64,000 nucleotides of DNA from an uncultured Acidimicrobiales bacterium (lineage in GTDB: Bacteria > Actinomycetota > Acidimicrobiia > Acidimicrobiales > VFJN01), in the NCBI GenBank assembly GCA_963778415.1, contig CAVZUI010000013.1:67976-131975 (forward strand), given 5' to 3'. The position numbers were made by a program, and so were the translations under genes. The notes under the pieces were generated by a model. It did not search any database and was not told the origin of the DNA. It saw only the letters and a program-made list of their open reading frames with translations. Positions 29,574-39,790 of the stretch are shown piece after piece (position 1 is the first letter of the stretch; each line of letters starts with the position of its first letter).

Positions 29574-29912
29574 ATGACCACCCCCGTGACCTGGTTCGAG
29601 CTCACCGGCACCGACACGGCCGCCCTCCGCACGTTCTACGCCGACCTGTTCGGGTGGGACATCGCGCCCGTCGAGGGCATGGACTACGGCATCGTCGCGG
29701 CCGGCGACGGCGGCATCGGCGGCGGCATCACCGCGGCCGACGGCGCCGGAACGGTCGTCTACCTCCAGGTCGACGACATCCAAGCCACGCTCGACCGCAT
29801 CGAGCGAGCCGGCGGCAAGACCGTGGTTCCCGTGACCGTGATCCCCGACATGGTCACGTTCGCCCAGTTCGCCGACCCCGAGGGCAACGTCGTCGGCCTC
29901 ACCGGGAGCTGA
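29574..29912 (+). CDS. VOC (glyoxalase/bleomycin-resistance) family protein
   Basis: Intact 112-aa ORF: VTWFELTGTDTAALRTFYADLFGWDIAPVEGMDYGIV...VYLQVDDIQATLDRIERAGGKTVVPVTVIPDMVTFAQFADPEGNVVGL. Confidence 0.9.
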   Translation: MTTPVTWFELTGTDTAALRTFYADLFGWDIAPVEGMDYGIVAAGDGGIGGGITAADGAGTVVYLQVDDIQATLDRIERAGGKTVVPVTVIPDMVTFAQFADPEGNVVGLTGS

Positions 29913-29916
29913 CCGG

Positions 29917-30896
29917 TCACAACCAGCCGCGGCGCCGGAACAGCACGTACAGCCCCAGCGAGATCGCGAGGATGATGATGGCCGATGCGATCACGCCCGA
30001 CGTCTCGCCGGAGCCGGGAAACGGGACGTTCATGCCGTAGTAGCCCGTCACGAGCGTCGGGGCGGCCACGATGGCCGCCCAGCTCGACACCGTCTTCATC
30101 ACCTGGTTCTGCCGGTAGTCCCGCAGCGCGAGGTTGGCGTCGACGAGCGAGCTGGCGATGTCCCGCAGCCCCGCGGTGGTCTCGCTCACCACGACGACGT
30201 GGTCGTAGAGGTCCTGCCAGTACGGCAGGACGGCGGCGTTGACGAGCGCGTGCTCGTGGCGCACCAGGCCGCTCAGCGCCTCGCGCAACGGCAGGACGAG
30301 GCGGTTGAACTGCGACAGCGCCCGGCGCATGTCGAACCACTCGCGCTGCTGATCCGGGCGCAGAGGGCGGTCCGCGAAGACGGAGTCGCTGATGTTCTCG
30401 TAGTAGGTGTCGAACTGGTCGGTCACCGCGAAGTAGCCGTCGACGATGTCGTCGAGCAGGGCGTACACGAGCACGCCGACGCCTTCGGCCGTCAGCGTCG
30501 GTGTCGCTGTCCCAGCGCTTCACGACATCGTCCATGGCGAACTTGTCGTCGGCCCGCACCGTCACGAGCCAGCGATCGCCGACGAACGCGTCGATCTCGG
30601 TCTTGTCCAGTCGGCGCTCGTCGACGTCGAAGCGCACCGCGTGGCGAGGACAGGAACAGGTGGCTCGGGTAGTGGTCGATCTTCGACCGCTGGTGCGGCT
30701 CGAGCGCGTCCTCGATGGCCAGCGCGTGCAGCCCCAGCTCGTCGGTCAGCCCGGCGAAGTCGGCGGCGTCGGGCGCGAGGAAGTCGACCCACACGATCGT
30801 GTGCTCGTCCGCGAGCCGTTCGGAGACGTCGGCGACCGGGAAGTCCTCGTCGGCCAGCACGCCGTCGCGGTAGGCGCGGGTTCGCACGTGACCCAT
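29917..30896 (-). CDS. corA: Magnesium/cobalt transporter CorA; two apparent frameshifts (~30660, ~30490)
   Basis: N-terminus in ORF 30492-30896 (TIVWVDFLAPDAADFAGLTDELGLHALAIEDALEPHQRSKIDHYPSHLFL). The middle is in the ORF 29759-30637 frame (VRFDVDERRLDKTEIDAFVGDRWLVTVR). The C-terminus is in ORF 29917-30474, with the YGMNV (GMN) motif and two TM helices. Confidence 0.9.
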
Positions 30897-30959
30897 GCGG
30901 ACAAGTGAACCACCCGGACCGCTCGACGTGGTCTACCCGACGCCGCGACGGCTGCCTGC

Positions 30960-31839
30960 TCAGATCCCCACCGGGTGCCAGACGGTCTTGGTCTCGAGGA
31001 AGGCCGTCATGCGGTCGAGGCCGGGGTCGGCGGCCCAGTCGATCGCCCCGGCGGGCGGGCGCACCACCCGCTTGAGGTTCTCGGCCGCGGCGCGTTCGAG
31101 ATCGGCCGCCACCTCGGCGTCGGTGATGCCGGTGAGGTCGAGGGCGTTCACGTCCATGTGGGAGGCGAGCCACGGGGCGATCTCGGTGGCGTCGCCGGTC
31201 AGCAGGTTCACGACCCCGCCGGGGACGTCGGACGTGGCCAGCACCTCGGACAGGGTGACCGCGGGCAGCGGCGCGGCGCGGTCGGCGACGACGACGCACG
31301 TGTTGCCGGTGACGATGACGGGGGCGAGCACCGAGACCAGGCCGAGCAGCGACGACGCCGGGGCCACCACCGCCACCACGCCGGTGGGCTCGGGCACCGA
31401 GAAGTCGAAGTAGGGGCCGGCCACGGGGTTCGACGAGCCGCGCACCTGGTGCACCTTGTCGCTCCACCCGGCGTACCAGACCCAGCGGTCGACGGCGGCG
31501 TCGACGAGGCCGGCGGCGTCGCCGGGGGAGAGTCCCTCGCCGTCGGCCACCTCGGCCACGAACTGGTCGCGACGGCCCTCGAGCAGCTCGGCGACCCGGT
31601 AGAGGACCTGGCCGCGGTTGTACGCGGTGGCCGTCGACCAGCCCGAGAACGCCTTGCGAGCCGCGACCACCGCGTCGCGGGCGTCCTTGCGCGAGGCCGA
31701 GCGCGGCGTTGGCGAGGAAGCGGCCGTCCTCGGCCCTGACCTCGTAGGTGCGGCCCGACTCGGAGCGCGGGAACGCCCCGCCCACGTACAGCTTGTACGT
31801 CTTGCGCACGGCGAGACGCTCGGGGGTCGCCTCAGACAT
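30960..31839 (-). CDS. Aldehyde dehydrogenase-like protein lacking the catalytic domain (about 293 aa); one apparent frameshift near 31690
   Basis: The start MSEATPERLAVRKTYKLYVGGAFPRSESGRTYEVRAEDGRFLANAA (ORF 30562-32391 frame) joins ORF 30960-31670 (ARKAFSGWSTATAYNRGQVLYRVAELLEGRRDQF...VVAVVAPASSLLGLVSVLAPVIVTGNTCVVV...GGVVNLLTG...ENLKRVV...FLETKTVWHPVGI). Its start overlaps the stop of the upstream ALDH by 8 nt. Confidence 0.75.
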
Positions 31840-33334
31840 CCAGGTAGCCCTCCAGCCCGTGGCGGCCGCCCTCACGGCCGTAGCCCGACTCCTTGTACCC
31901 GCCGAACGGGCTGGTCGGGTCGAAGCGGTTGAACGTGTTGGCCCACACGACCCCGGCCCGCAGGCGCTGGGCCATCCACAGGATGCGGCTGCCCTTGTCG
32001 GTCCAGACGCCGGCCGACAGTCCGAACGGGGTGTTGTTGGCCTTCTCGATGGCCTCGGCCGGCGTGCGGAACGTGAGGACCGAGAGCACCGGGCCGAAGA
32101 TCTCCTCCCGCGCGATGCGGTGGGCCTGGGTGACCCCGGTGAACAGGGTGGGCGGGAACCACCAGCCCCGGTCGGGCAGGTCGCACGGCGGGGACCACCG
32201 CTCGGCGCCCTCCTGCTCGCCGACCTCGGACAGCTCGCGGATCTTGTCGAGCTGGACCTCGCTGTTGATCGCGCCGATGTCGGTGTTCTTGTCGAGGGGG
32301 TCGCCGAGGCGCAGCGTGGCGAGCCGCCGCTTGAGCCGGTCCAGCAGCTCGTCGGCGACCGATTCCTGCACGAGCAGGCGGCTGCCCGCACAGCACACGT
32401 GGCCCTGGTTGAAGAAGATGCCGTTGACGATCCCCTCGACGGCCTGGTCGAGCGGGGCGTCGTCGAAGACGATGTTGGCGGCCTTGCCGCCGAGCTCGAG
32501 CGTCACCTTCTTGCGGGTGCCGGCGACCGACCGGGCGATCTGGCGGCCCACGTCGGTCGAGCCGGTGAAGGCCACCTTGTCGACGCCGGGGTGCTCGACG
32601 AGCGCCCTTCCGGTGTCGCCGGCGCCGGTGATGATGTTGACGACACCGGGCGGCAGCTCGGCCTGCCGGCAGATGTCGGCGAAGGCGAGCGCGGTGAGCG
32701 GCGTGGTCTCGGCCGGCTTGAGGACCACCGTGTTGCCGGTGGCGAGGGCCGGCGCGATCTTCCACGCCAGCATGAGCAGCGGGAAGTTCCACGGGATGAC
32801 CTGGGCCGCCACGCCGAGCGGACGGGGGTCGGGGCCGAGCCCGGCGTAGCCCAGCTTGTCGGCCCAACCTGCGTGGTAGAAGAAGTGCGCGGCCACGAGG
32901 GGCAGGTCGACGTCACGGCTCTCGCGGATGGGCTTGCCGTTGTCGATCGACTCGAGCACCGCCAGCTCGCGGGAGCGCTCCTGCACGAGGCGGGCCAGGC
33001 GGAACAGGTACTTCCCGCGTTCGCGCCCGGGCAGGCCCGACCACACGCCGTCGTACGCGGCGCGGGCGGCCGCGACGGCGCGGTCGACGTCCTGCGGGCC
33101 GGCGGCGGCGACCTCGGACAGCACCTCCTCGGTGGCGGGGTTCACGGTCTTGAACCGGCCGCCGTCGATCGGGTCGACCATCTCGCCGTCGATGAACAGC
33201 CCGTAGCTGGGGGCGATGTCGACGATCGAGGCGGACTCGGGAGCGGGGGCGTAGTCGAAGGTGGGCATCAGTCGAGGGTGAAGTCGTCGATAGAGTGTGA
33301 GACTGGGGGCGGGGGCGTATTCGAACGCAGCCAT
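31832..33334 (-). CDS. NAD(P)-dependent aldehyde dehydrogenase (likely true start at 33268, MPTFDYAPAPES)
   Basis: Intact 500-aa ORF: VIPWNFPLLMLAWKIAPALATGNTVVLKPAETTPLTAL, FTGSTDVGRQI, LELGGKAANIV, FFNQGHVCCAGSRLLV (catalytic Cys), EEIFGPVL. Confidence 0.93.
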   Translation of the reverse strand: MAAFEYAPAPSLTLYRRLHPRLMPTFDYAPAPESASIVDIAPSYGLFIDGEMVDPIDGGRFKTVNPATEEVLSEVAAAGPQDVDRAVAAARAAYDGVWSGLPGRERGKYLFRLARLVQERSRELAVLESIDNGKPIRESRDVDLPLVAAHFFYHAGWADKLGYAGLGPDPRPLGVAAQVIPWNFPLLMLAWKIAPALATGNTVVLKPAETTPLTALAFADICRQAELPPGVVNIITGAGDTGRALVEHPGVDKVAFTGSTDVGRQIARSVAGTRKKVTLELGGKAANIVFDDAPLDQAVEGIVNGIFFNQGHVCCAGSRLLVQESVADELLDRLKRRLATLRLGDPLDKNTDIGAINSEVQLDKIRELSEVGEQEGAERWSPPCDLPDRGWWFPPTLFTGVTQAHRIAREEIFGPVLSVLTFRTPAEAIEKANNTPFGLSAGVWTDKGSRILWMAQRLRAGVVWANTFNRFDPTSPFGGYKESGYGREGGRHGLEGYLDV

Positions 33335-34302
33335 CAGTCAAGGGTCACGTAGTCGGGGCCGGCATAGCGGCCGGTGGCGAGCTTCTGGCGTTGCATGAGG
33401 AGGTCGTTGAGCAGCGACGAGGCACCGAACCGGAACCAGTCGGGGCTGAGCCAGTCGTCGCCGCACGTCTCGTTGACGACCACCAGATAGCGGATGGCGT
33501 CCTTGGCGCTGCGGATGCCGCCCGCCGCCTTGACCCCCACCTGCCGGCCCGCCTGCTGCCGGAAGTCGCGCACGGCCTCGAGCATCACGAGCGTGACCGG
33601 CAGCGTGGCGGCGGGGGACACCTTGCCCGTCGACGTCTTGATGAAATCGGCCCCGGCCAGCATCGCCAGCCACGAGGCGCGGCGCACGTTGTCGTACGTG
33701 GCCAGCTCGCCGGTCTCGAGGATGACCTTGAGGTGCGCGTCCTCGCACGCTTCCTTCGTGGCGACGATCTCGTCGTAGACGTCGAGGTAGCGGCCGGCGA
33801 GGAAGGCCCCGCGGTCGATGACCATGTCGATCTCGTGGGCCCCGGCGTCGACCGCGGCCCGCACGTCCTCGAGCTTGATGTCGAGGGGCGCCCGGCCCGA
33901 GGGGAACGCGGTGGCGACGGCGGCCACCTTCACGTCGGACCCGGCCAGCGCGTCGACCGCGGTCTCGACCAGGTCGCCGTACACGCAGATGGCCGCCACC
34001 GGCGGGCAGGACGGGTCGGTGGGGTCGGGTCGCCGGCCCTTGGCGCACAGGGCCCGCACCTTGCCCGGCGTGTCCTGACCTTCGAGGGTGGTGAGGTCGA
34101 CCATGCTGACGGCGAGGTCGAGGGCGAACGCCTTGGCGGTGGTCTTGATCGAGCGGGTGGCGAGGCCGGCGGCCCGGGCCTCGACGCCCACCTGGTCGAC
34201 GCCGGGCAGGCCGTGGAGGAACCGCCGCAGCGTGGCGGTGGAGGCGACGGCGTCGGCCAGCTCCTCGGCGGCACTCGACGGCGGCAGCGCGGTCGTGGTC
34301 AC
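33334..34302 (-). CDS. deoC: Deoxyribose-phosphate aldolase (long actinobacterial form)
   Basis: Intact 322-aa ORF: MVDLTTLEGQDTPGKVRALCAKG...VAAICVYGDLV...VAAVATAFPSGRAPLDIKLEDVRAAVDAGAHEIDMVIDRG...HLKVILETGEL...GADFIKTSTGKV (Schiff-base Lys)...GVKAAGGIRSAKDA. Confidence 0.95.
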   Translation of the reverse strand: MTTTALPPSSAAEELADAVASTATLRRFLHGLPGVDQVGVEARAAGLATRSIKTTAKAFALDLAVSMVDLTTLEGQDTPGKVRALCAKGRRPDPTDPSCPPVAAICVYGDLVETAVDALAGSDVKVAAVATAFPSGRAPLDIKLEDVRAAVDAGAHEIDMVIDRGAFLAGRYLDVYDEIVATKEACEDAHLKVILETGELATYDNVRRASWLAMLAGADFIKTSTGKVSPAATLPVTLVMLEAVRDFRQQAGRQVGVKAAGGIRSAKDAIRYLVVVNETCGDDWLSPDWFRFGASSLLNDLLMQRQKLATGRYAGPDYVTLD

Positions 34303-34400
34303 GGGCTCAGGGTACTGCTGTCACGTTTGTGCCGTGCCGTAACTGGTAAGACTGGTTACATGCAGCTGAGGGCGGTCGTGCCGATCGACGCGGCGGGCTG

Positions 34401-35572
34401 ATGGCGGCGGACGCCTCGCTCACGTGGGACCAGGTGCTCGCCTGGCGGCTGGCCCAGCAGGGTCTGGGCGAATCGTCGAGCGTGCCGTCCGATCCTGTCG
34501 CCCTGATCGGCCACCTGGCCGGCGTGCAGACGCAGGTCGAGTCGTCGGCGCTCCAGGTGCTCGCCGTGCGCGGGGCGGGTCGTGTCGACCTCGACGCCCT
34601 GCTGTGGAGGGACAGGGCGCTGCTGAAGACGTGGGCGATGCGGGGCACGCTGCACCTGCTCCCGGCGGCCGAGTGGCGGACCTGGATCGCGGTGATGCGC
34701 ACCCGCGAGTGGCGCATCACCCCGGGGTGGGAGAAGTACCACGGCATCACCAAGGCCGAGCTCGAGGCCGTGACCGCGGCGATCCCCGAGGCGCTGGCGG
34801 GTGAGCCGCTCACCCGGGACGAGCTGGCCGACCGCATCGCCGCCCTCACGAAGCACGACCACCTGGGCGAGGTGCTGCGGTCGGGATGGGCCCAGGTGTT
34901 CAAGCCCGCGGCCAACCAGGGCCTGCTGTGCCAGGGCCCGCCGCGGGGCAAGGCCACCACGTTCACGTCACCCGAGCGGTGGCTGGCCGGCGGTCCGGCC
35001 GGCGAGCGCGCCCGATCCCGACCCCCACGCCGCGGCGGCGACCGTCCTGGCCCGGTTCCTCGACACCAACGGCCCGGCCACCCGCGAGGATCTCGCCCGT
35101 TGGCTCGGCGAGTCGCCCCAAGCAGGCGCGGCTGCTGCTCGCCGCCCACGCCGACGAGCTCGTGGAGGTGGACGTCGAGGGCAGCAGAGGATGGATGACC
35201 CCGGCCGGCGCGGCCGCCGCGTCGCGGGCCGGCGCTCCCGAGGGTGTGGCACTGCTGCCCGGCTTCGACCCCTGGGTCCTGGCGCCGATCAGCCACCGGG
35301 CGCACACCATCCCCGCGGGCCACGTCGACGACGTGTCCCGGACGGCAGGCTGGATCTCGCCGGTGCTGCTCGTCGACGGGCGAGTGGCCGGCACGTGGGA
35401 GTCGTCGGTGGCGGGCGAGCTGGCCACGATCACGGTCTCCCCGTTCGCTCGCCTGCCGCGTCCGGTGTTGTCGGCCGCCCAGGAGCACGCCCGGGCCACG
35501 CTCCAGGGGGTCCTCGCCGACGACGTGGCCGTCGTGGTGGGTCGGCACCCGCCGCGTTCTGGCACTACGTAA
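34401..35572 (+). CDS. Winged-helix DNA-binding protein, YcaQ/AlkZ-like (DUF1006) family, second paralog; two apparent frameshifts (~35000, ~35120)
   Basis: ORF 34401-35198 (LTWDQVLAWRLAQQGL...LAGVQTQVESSALQVLAVR...RALLKTWAMRGTLHLLPAAEW) joins the ORF 34801 frame (AAATVLARFLDTNGPATREDLARWLG) and then ORF 34886-35572 (LLPGFDPWVLAPISHR...SRTAGWISPVLLVDGRVAGTWE). Confidence 0.8.
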
Positions 35573-35708
35573 CGTGGTGTCAGCGCCACGGAAGGGAGCG
35601 ACTCGCTAGGGTGCGCTGGTCCGCAGACGGGGCACGACGGGGGGATCGCGATGCTGACTCGATCGACAGCACCGGACGTCGGGGGACGTCGATGGCCACG
35701 AGGACGCC

Positions 35709-36992
35709 GTGTTCGGCGTCTGGCGTCGGCCCCCGCGCCCGGCGCGCCGTCGGCTCGCGGTGGCCGGCGTGTGCTGTGGGGTCATGGTTGCGGCCGGGTG
35801 CGATCTCGGCGCGCCCCCGGTGACCGTCGCGGCACCAGGACTCGTCGTCGGCAGCGGCGACGTGGACGGCGACGGCGACCTGGACCTCGTCACCGCCGCA
35901 TCCGACGCCGAGTTCGGGATCATGGTCAACGACGGGTCGGGCGGGCTGTCGGCGTCGCTCCTCGGCCACGAACCCGCGTGCGATCCCGAGCCGCCCGACC
36001 CGGCGCCGGTGTGTACCCAGGATGTGGTCGACGTCGTGGACGTGGACGGCGACGACATCGCAGACCTGGTGACCCGTCTCCACCTGTTCCAGGAGCATGG
36101 CGATCCGCCGTTCGGCTGGACCCTGACCCAGGTGTGGCTCGGTGACGGCGCCGGCGGGTTCGAGCTCCCGTTCGAGGTCTCGCGGGTCACCTACCCCGAG
36201 CCGGCCTTCTCGACCCTCCTGCGGGACGCCACCGGGGATGGCATCGTCGACGTCGTCGAGTACGAGAACCCCTTCGACTTCCCGCAGCCCGAGGTGCGCG
36301 TGCGCGTCGGCGACGGCACGGGCGGCTTCGGGCTTCCCGTCTCGTCGGCCCTCCCCGGGTCGCGCCTCGACATGACTGCGCCCCGGTTCGCCGACCTCGA
36401 CGGCGACGGCGACCACGAGATGGTCCTCGACGGCACGTGCGTCGGTGGGACGGGCGAGGGGTTCCTGCAGGGGTGCATCGAGGTCCTGCCCGGTGACGGG
36501 GCCGGCGGGTTCGGTCCTGCGGTCCGCCACCTGGTCGGCGATCCCCTGGTCGACGGCGTGGCCGTCGACCTCGGAGACGTGGACGGCGACGGGGACCTCG
36601 ACGTGGTCGGCGGCGCAAGGGGCGCGGACCTCGACGGCGGTGGGCCCGTCGGGCAGATCGTCGTCTTCCTGGGCGATGGCGTCGGCGGGTTCGAGGGGCC
36701 GAGCCTGCTTCCCGCCGCCACCGAGACCGTCGCCGTCGAGCTCGCCGACTTCGACGTAGACGGCCACCTCGACGCCATGACCCGATCGGAGGCACCGCCG
36801 GGCAGCAATACGGCACCCTCCTTCGGGCGCGTCCTGTTCGGCGACGGCGCCGGACACTTCGGTGACGAGCACGTGCTCGGCTCCAACGGAGGGCTCGTCC
36901 TCGACCTCGATGGTGACGGCCGACCCGATCAGGTGGTCAGCCGAGCCACCAGCGTGAGCGTCTACCTGAACCGCTGGGACGGGCGCCCGTGA
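35709..36992 (+). CDS. FG-GAP/VCBS repeat (integrin-alpha-like beta-propeller) lipoprotein
   Basis: Intact 427-aa ORF with a lipobox (GVMVAAGC) and seven or so repeats of the DxDGDGDxD / GDGxGGF pattern ([132 protein letters not shown]). Confidence 0.88.
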   Translation: MFGVWRRPPRPARRRLAVAGVCCGVMVAAGCDLGAPPVTVAAPGLVVGSGDVDGDGDLDLVTAASDAEFGIMVNDGSGGLSASLLGHEPACDPEPPDPAPVCTQDVVDVVDVDGDDIADLVTRLHLFQEHGDPPFGWTLTQVWLGDGAGGFELPFEVSRVTYPEPAFSTLLRDATGDGIVDVVEYENPFDFPQPEVRVRVGDGTGGFGLPVSSALPGSRLDMTAPRFADLDGDGDHEMVLDGTCVGGTGEGFLQGCIEVLPGDGAGGFGPAVRHLVGDPLVDGVAVDLGDVDGDGDLDVVGGARGADLDGGGPVGQIVVFLGDGVGGFEGPSLLPAATETVAVELADFDVDGHLDAMTRSEAPPGSNTAPSFGRVLFGDGAGHFGDEHVLGSNGGLVLDLDGDGRPDQVVSRATSVSVYLNRWDGRP

Positions 36993-37015
36993 CCCGTGAC
37001 CCGTGACCGACGGGC

Positions 37016-38096
37016 CTACAGGTCCTCGGCGCGCAGGGCCGAGAAGCCCGGCTTGATCTGGCCCTCGATGATGCGCAGGCGCTGGTCGAACGGCCAGAAC
37101 GCCGACTTCATCGCGTTGATCGTCAGCCACTCGATCTCGTCCCAGCCGAAGCCGAACGCCTCGACGAGGTTGTGGAACTCGTGGGTCATGTCGATGTCGG
37201 ACATCAGCCGGTTGTCGGTGTTGACCGTGACCCGGTAGCGGAGCCGGGTCAGCAACCCGATCGGGTGCTCGGTCGATCGACGCCGCCGCCCCGGTGTGCA
37301 CGTTGGACGTCGGGCACATCTCGAGCGCCACCCGGCGGTCGCGGACGAAGGCGGCCAGCCGTCCGAGCTGCGCCCGGCCCTCGTCGTCGAACGTGATGTC
37401 GTCGACGATGCGCACGCCGTGGCCCAGCCGCTCGGCGCCGCACAGCTGCAGGGCCTCCCAGATCGACGGCAGGCCGAACGCCTCGCCGGCGTGGATCGTG
37501 ATGTGGCTGTTGGCCTTGGCGATCTCCTGGAACGCGGCCAGGTGTCGGGTCGGCGGGTTGCCGGCCTCGCTGCCGGCGATGTCGAACCCGACGACGCCCG
37601 AGTCGCGGTGGCGCAGCGCCAGCTCGGCGATCTCGTTCGAGTTGGCGGCGTGGCGCATCGCCGTCGCCAGCGTCCCGATCGTGATGGGACGGCCGGCGCT
37701 GCCCAGGCGGAACCCCTCGAGCACCGCCTCGACGACCTCGTCGAGGGTCAGCCCGCCGTCGATGTGCAGCTCGGGGGCGAAGCGCACCTCGGCGTAGACG
37801 ACGCCGTCGTCGGCCAGGTCCTCGGCGCACTCGGCGGCGACCCGCACGAGGGCGTCCTTGGTCTGCATGACGCCGACGGTGTGCTCGAACGTCTCGAGGT
37901 AGAGGTCGAGGTCGTGGCGGTAGGCGCCCTGCGTGAACCACGCGGGCCAGCTCGTCGACGTCGGTGGTGGGGAGGCGTGTGCCCGGCGTCGCGTGCCAGC
38001 TCGACGACCGTGGACGGGCGGAGGCCGCCGTCGAGGTGGTCGTGCAGCAGCACCTTCGGGAGCCCGCCGGATCTGGTCGAGGGTGGGTGCAGCCAT
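37016..38096 (-). CDS. add: Adenosine deaminase; about three apparent frameshifts (~38060, ~37960, ~37265)
   Basis: [13 protein letters not shown], then [19 protein letters not shown] (ORF 37748-38053). The core is in the ORF 35580-38195 frame ([25 protein letters not shown]...[13 protein letters not shown]...[12 protein letters not shown]...[18 protein letters not shown]...RLGHGVRI...[13 protein letters not shown]). The tail is ORF 37016-37255 ([21 protein letters not shown]). Confidence 0.92.
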
Positions 38097-38170
38097 GCCC
38101 CAGGCTACCGGGGGCGGGCGGGCGATGTTCCGCCAGCCCGGTCGGGGCATACAGCGTATGGTGGCCGGCG

Positions 38171-39787
38171 ATGGGGGAGCAGGGGACACGCGCACGCCCG
38201 CGCCGTCGGGCGTGGGGAGAACGATTGGCTGCAGCAGCGCTGGCCGTGGCCGTCGGGGCCGGGGCCGCGACGGGCGGCCCGGCGGCGTCGCCCGCGGGCG
38301 CGCAGGCCCCCGGCCCCGTGGCCGGGTGGTCGACCACCGAGGGCACCGACGGCCGGGTGTACATCGCCGACGAGCAGGGTCGAGCCCTGCAGTTCCACGG
38401 GTTCAACGTGAAGACGGGCGACCCCGCCACCGACGCCAGCGACCAGCTCCTGGCCGACGCCGCCGCCCGGGGCATGGACCACATGCGCCTCGTCGTGTTC
38501 TGGGACCACCTCGAGCCCGCCCAGGGCGAGTTCGACGAGGCGTACCTCGACGAGATCGTGGCGGCCATGGACCGTGCCGAGCGCCACGGCATCCTCGTGA
38601 TCCTGGACATGCACCAGGACGTCTTCGGAGAGGCCTTCGGATCGCGGGGCGTCCCGGCCTGGGCCACCCGCACCGACGGCCTGCCCTACGTCCCGCAGGA
38701 CGTCTGGTTCCTCAACTACCTGCAGCCCGCGGTGCAGGCCGCGTTCGAGCACCTCTACGAGGACCCCGACCTGCGGCAGGCGCAGATCGATGCGTGGCTG
38801 CACGTCGTCGAGCGGGTGCAGGACCACCCCGCGCTGTTCGGGTACGACCTCATGAACGAGCCGTTCGGCAAGATCCGACCGGGCGAGGACCTGTTCACCG
38901 CGGCCGAGCGGGTGGAGCGCGAGCAGCTCACCGCCATGTTCCAGCGCCTCACCGACGCCATCTCTGCCGTCGACCCGGACCACTGGGTCTTCTTCGAGCC
39001 GCCGAACCTGGCGTCGCTCGGCATCCCGACGTCGCTCGGCGAGGTGCGCGGACCGAAGGTGGCGCTGTACCCGCACATGTACGACCCCAACATCGAGTCG
39101 GCGACCTACACGCCTGGCGGGGTGGTGGAGTACGACCCCGAGTTCTTCGCCACGTGGGCCGAGGCGACCGTGGTCTACACCGAGGAGCACCCGATCCCCC
39201 TGCTGGTCGGCGAGTGGGGCATCGCCCAGCCCGACCGGCCCGGCATGGACGCGTTCGTGCGCGACTCGCTCGCCACGCTCGAGCAGGTCGGCTCGGGGTG
39301 GTCGGTGTTCAACTGGTGCCGCGGGAGCGGCTACTGCCCGCTCGACGCGTCCGGCGCCGACCGCCCGGCCATCGGCCAGATCTTCCAGCCCTACGCCCGG
39401 GCCATCGCCGGCGCCCCCACGGCCTCGCGGTGGGACCCGCAGGCGCGGACGCTGCGGGTCACGTTCACCGACAACGCGGCCACGGGGCCGACCGAGATCT
39501 ACGTGCACGGGCCGTCGTACCCCGACGGCTGGGTCGTCGAGGTCGGCGACGCGACCGGGACGTGGTCGCAGTCGTTCGACGCGGCCACGAGCGTCCTGTC
39601 GGTCACCACCCCCGACACGGGCGGGGCGCACACGATCTGCGTGCGGCCCGCAGGTTCGGCGGCGGGCTGCGCAGGCTCTCCCGCGTCGCCGGCCGACCCA
39701 GCGGGCCCGGGCGCACCGGGCACCGGCCCCGTGCCGGTGGCCACGCCCGCGGTCCCGGTCCCGGGCGGCCCGACCTACACCGGCTGA
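38171..39787 (+). CDS. Secreted glycoside hydrolase family 5 protein (cellulase / endoglycoceramidase-like)
   Basis: This is the frame of ORF 37964-39787 from ATG 38171. The signal peptide is Arg-rich ([26 protein letters not shown]). GH5 hallmarks follow: [42 protein letters not shown] (acid/base NEP), LLVGEWG (nucleophile Glu). The tail is Pro-rich. No frame disruption. Confidence 0.88.
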   Translation: MGEQGTRARPRRRAWGERLAAAALAVAVGAGAATGGPAASPAGAQAPGPVAGWSTTEGTDGRVYIADEQGRALQFHGFNVKTGDPATDASDQLLADAAARGMDHMRLVVFWDHLEPAQGEFDEAYLDEIVAAMDRAERHGILVILDMHQDVFGEAFGSRGVPAWATRTDGLPYVPQDVWFLNYLQPAVQAAFEHLYEDPDLRQAQIDAWLHVVERVQDHPALFGYDLMNEPFGKIRPGEDLFTAAERVEREQLTAMFQRLTDAISAVDPDHWVFFEPPNLASLGIPTSLGEVRGPKVALYPHMYDPNIESATYTPGGVVEYDPEFFATWAEATVVYTEEHPIPLLVGEWGIAQPDRPGMDAFVRDSLATLEQVGSGWSVFNWCRGSGYCPLDASGADRPAIGQIFQPYARAIAGAPTASRWDPQARTLRVTFTDNAATGPTEIYVHGPSYPDGWVVEVGDATGTWSQSFDAATSVLSVTTPDTGGAHTICVRPAGSAAGCAGSPASPADPAGPGAPGTGPVPVATPAVPVPGGPTYTG

Positions 39788-39790
39788 CCC

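Noticed and set aside
31832-33334. The 22-aa N-terminal extension of the ALDH (MAAFEYAPAPSLTLYRRLHPRL), taken as genuine protein sequence.
   Set aside because: The extension is the diverged duplicate of the gene junction. The downstream MPTFDYAPAPESASIVDI matches the expected family N-terminus and has its own ATGA-type context. I kept the ORF coordinates but flagged 33268 as the likely start.
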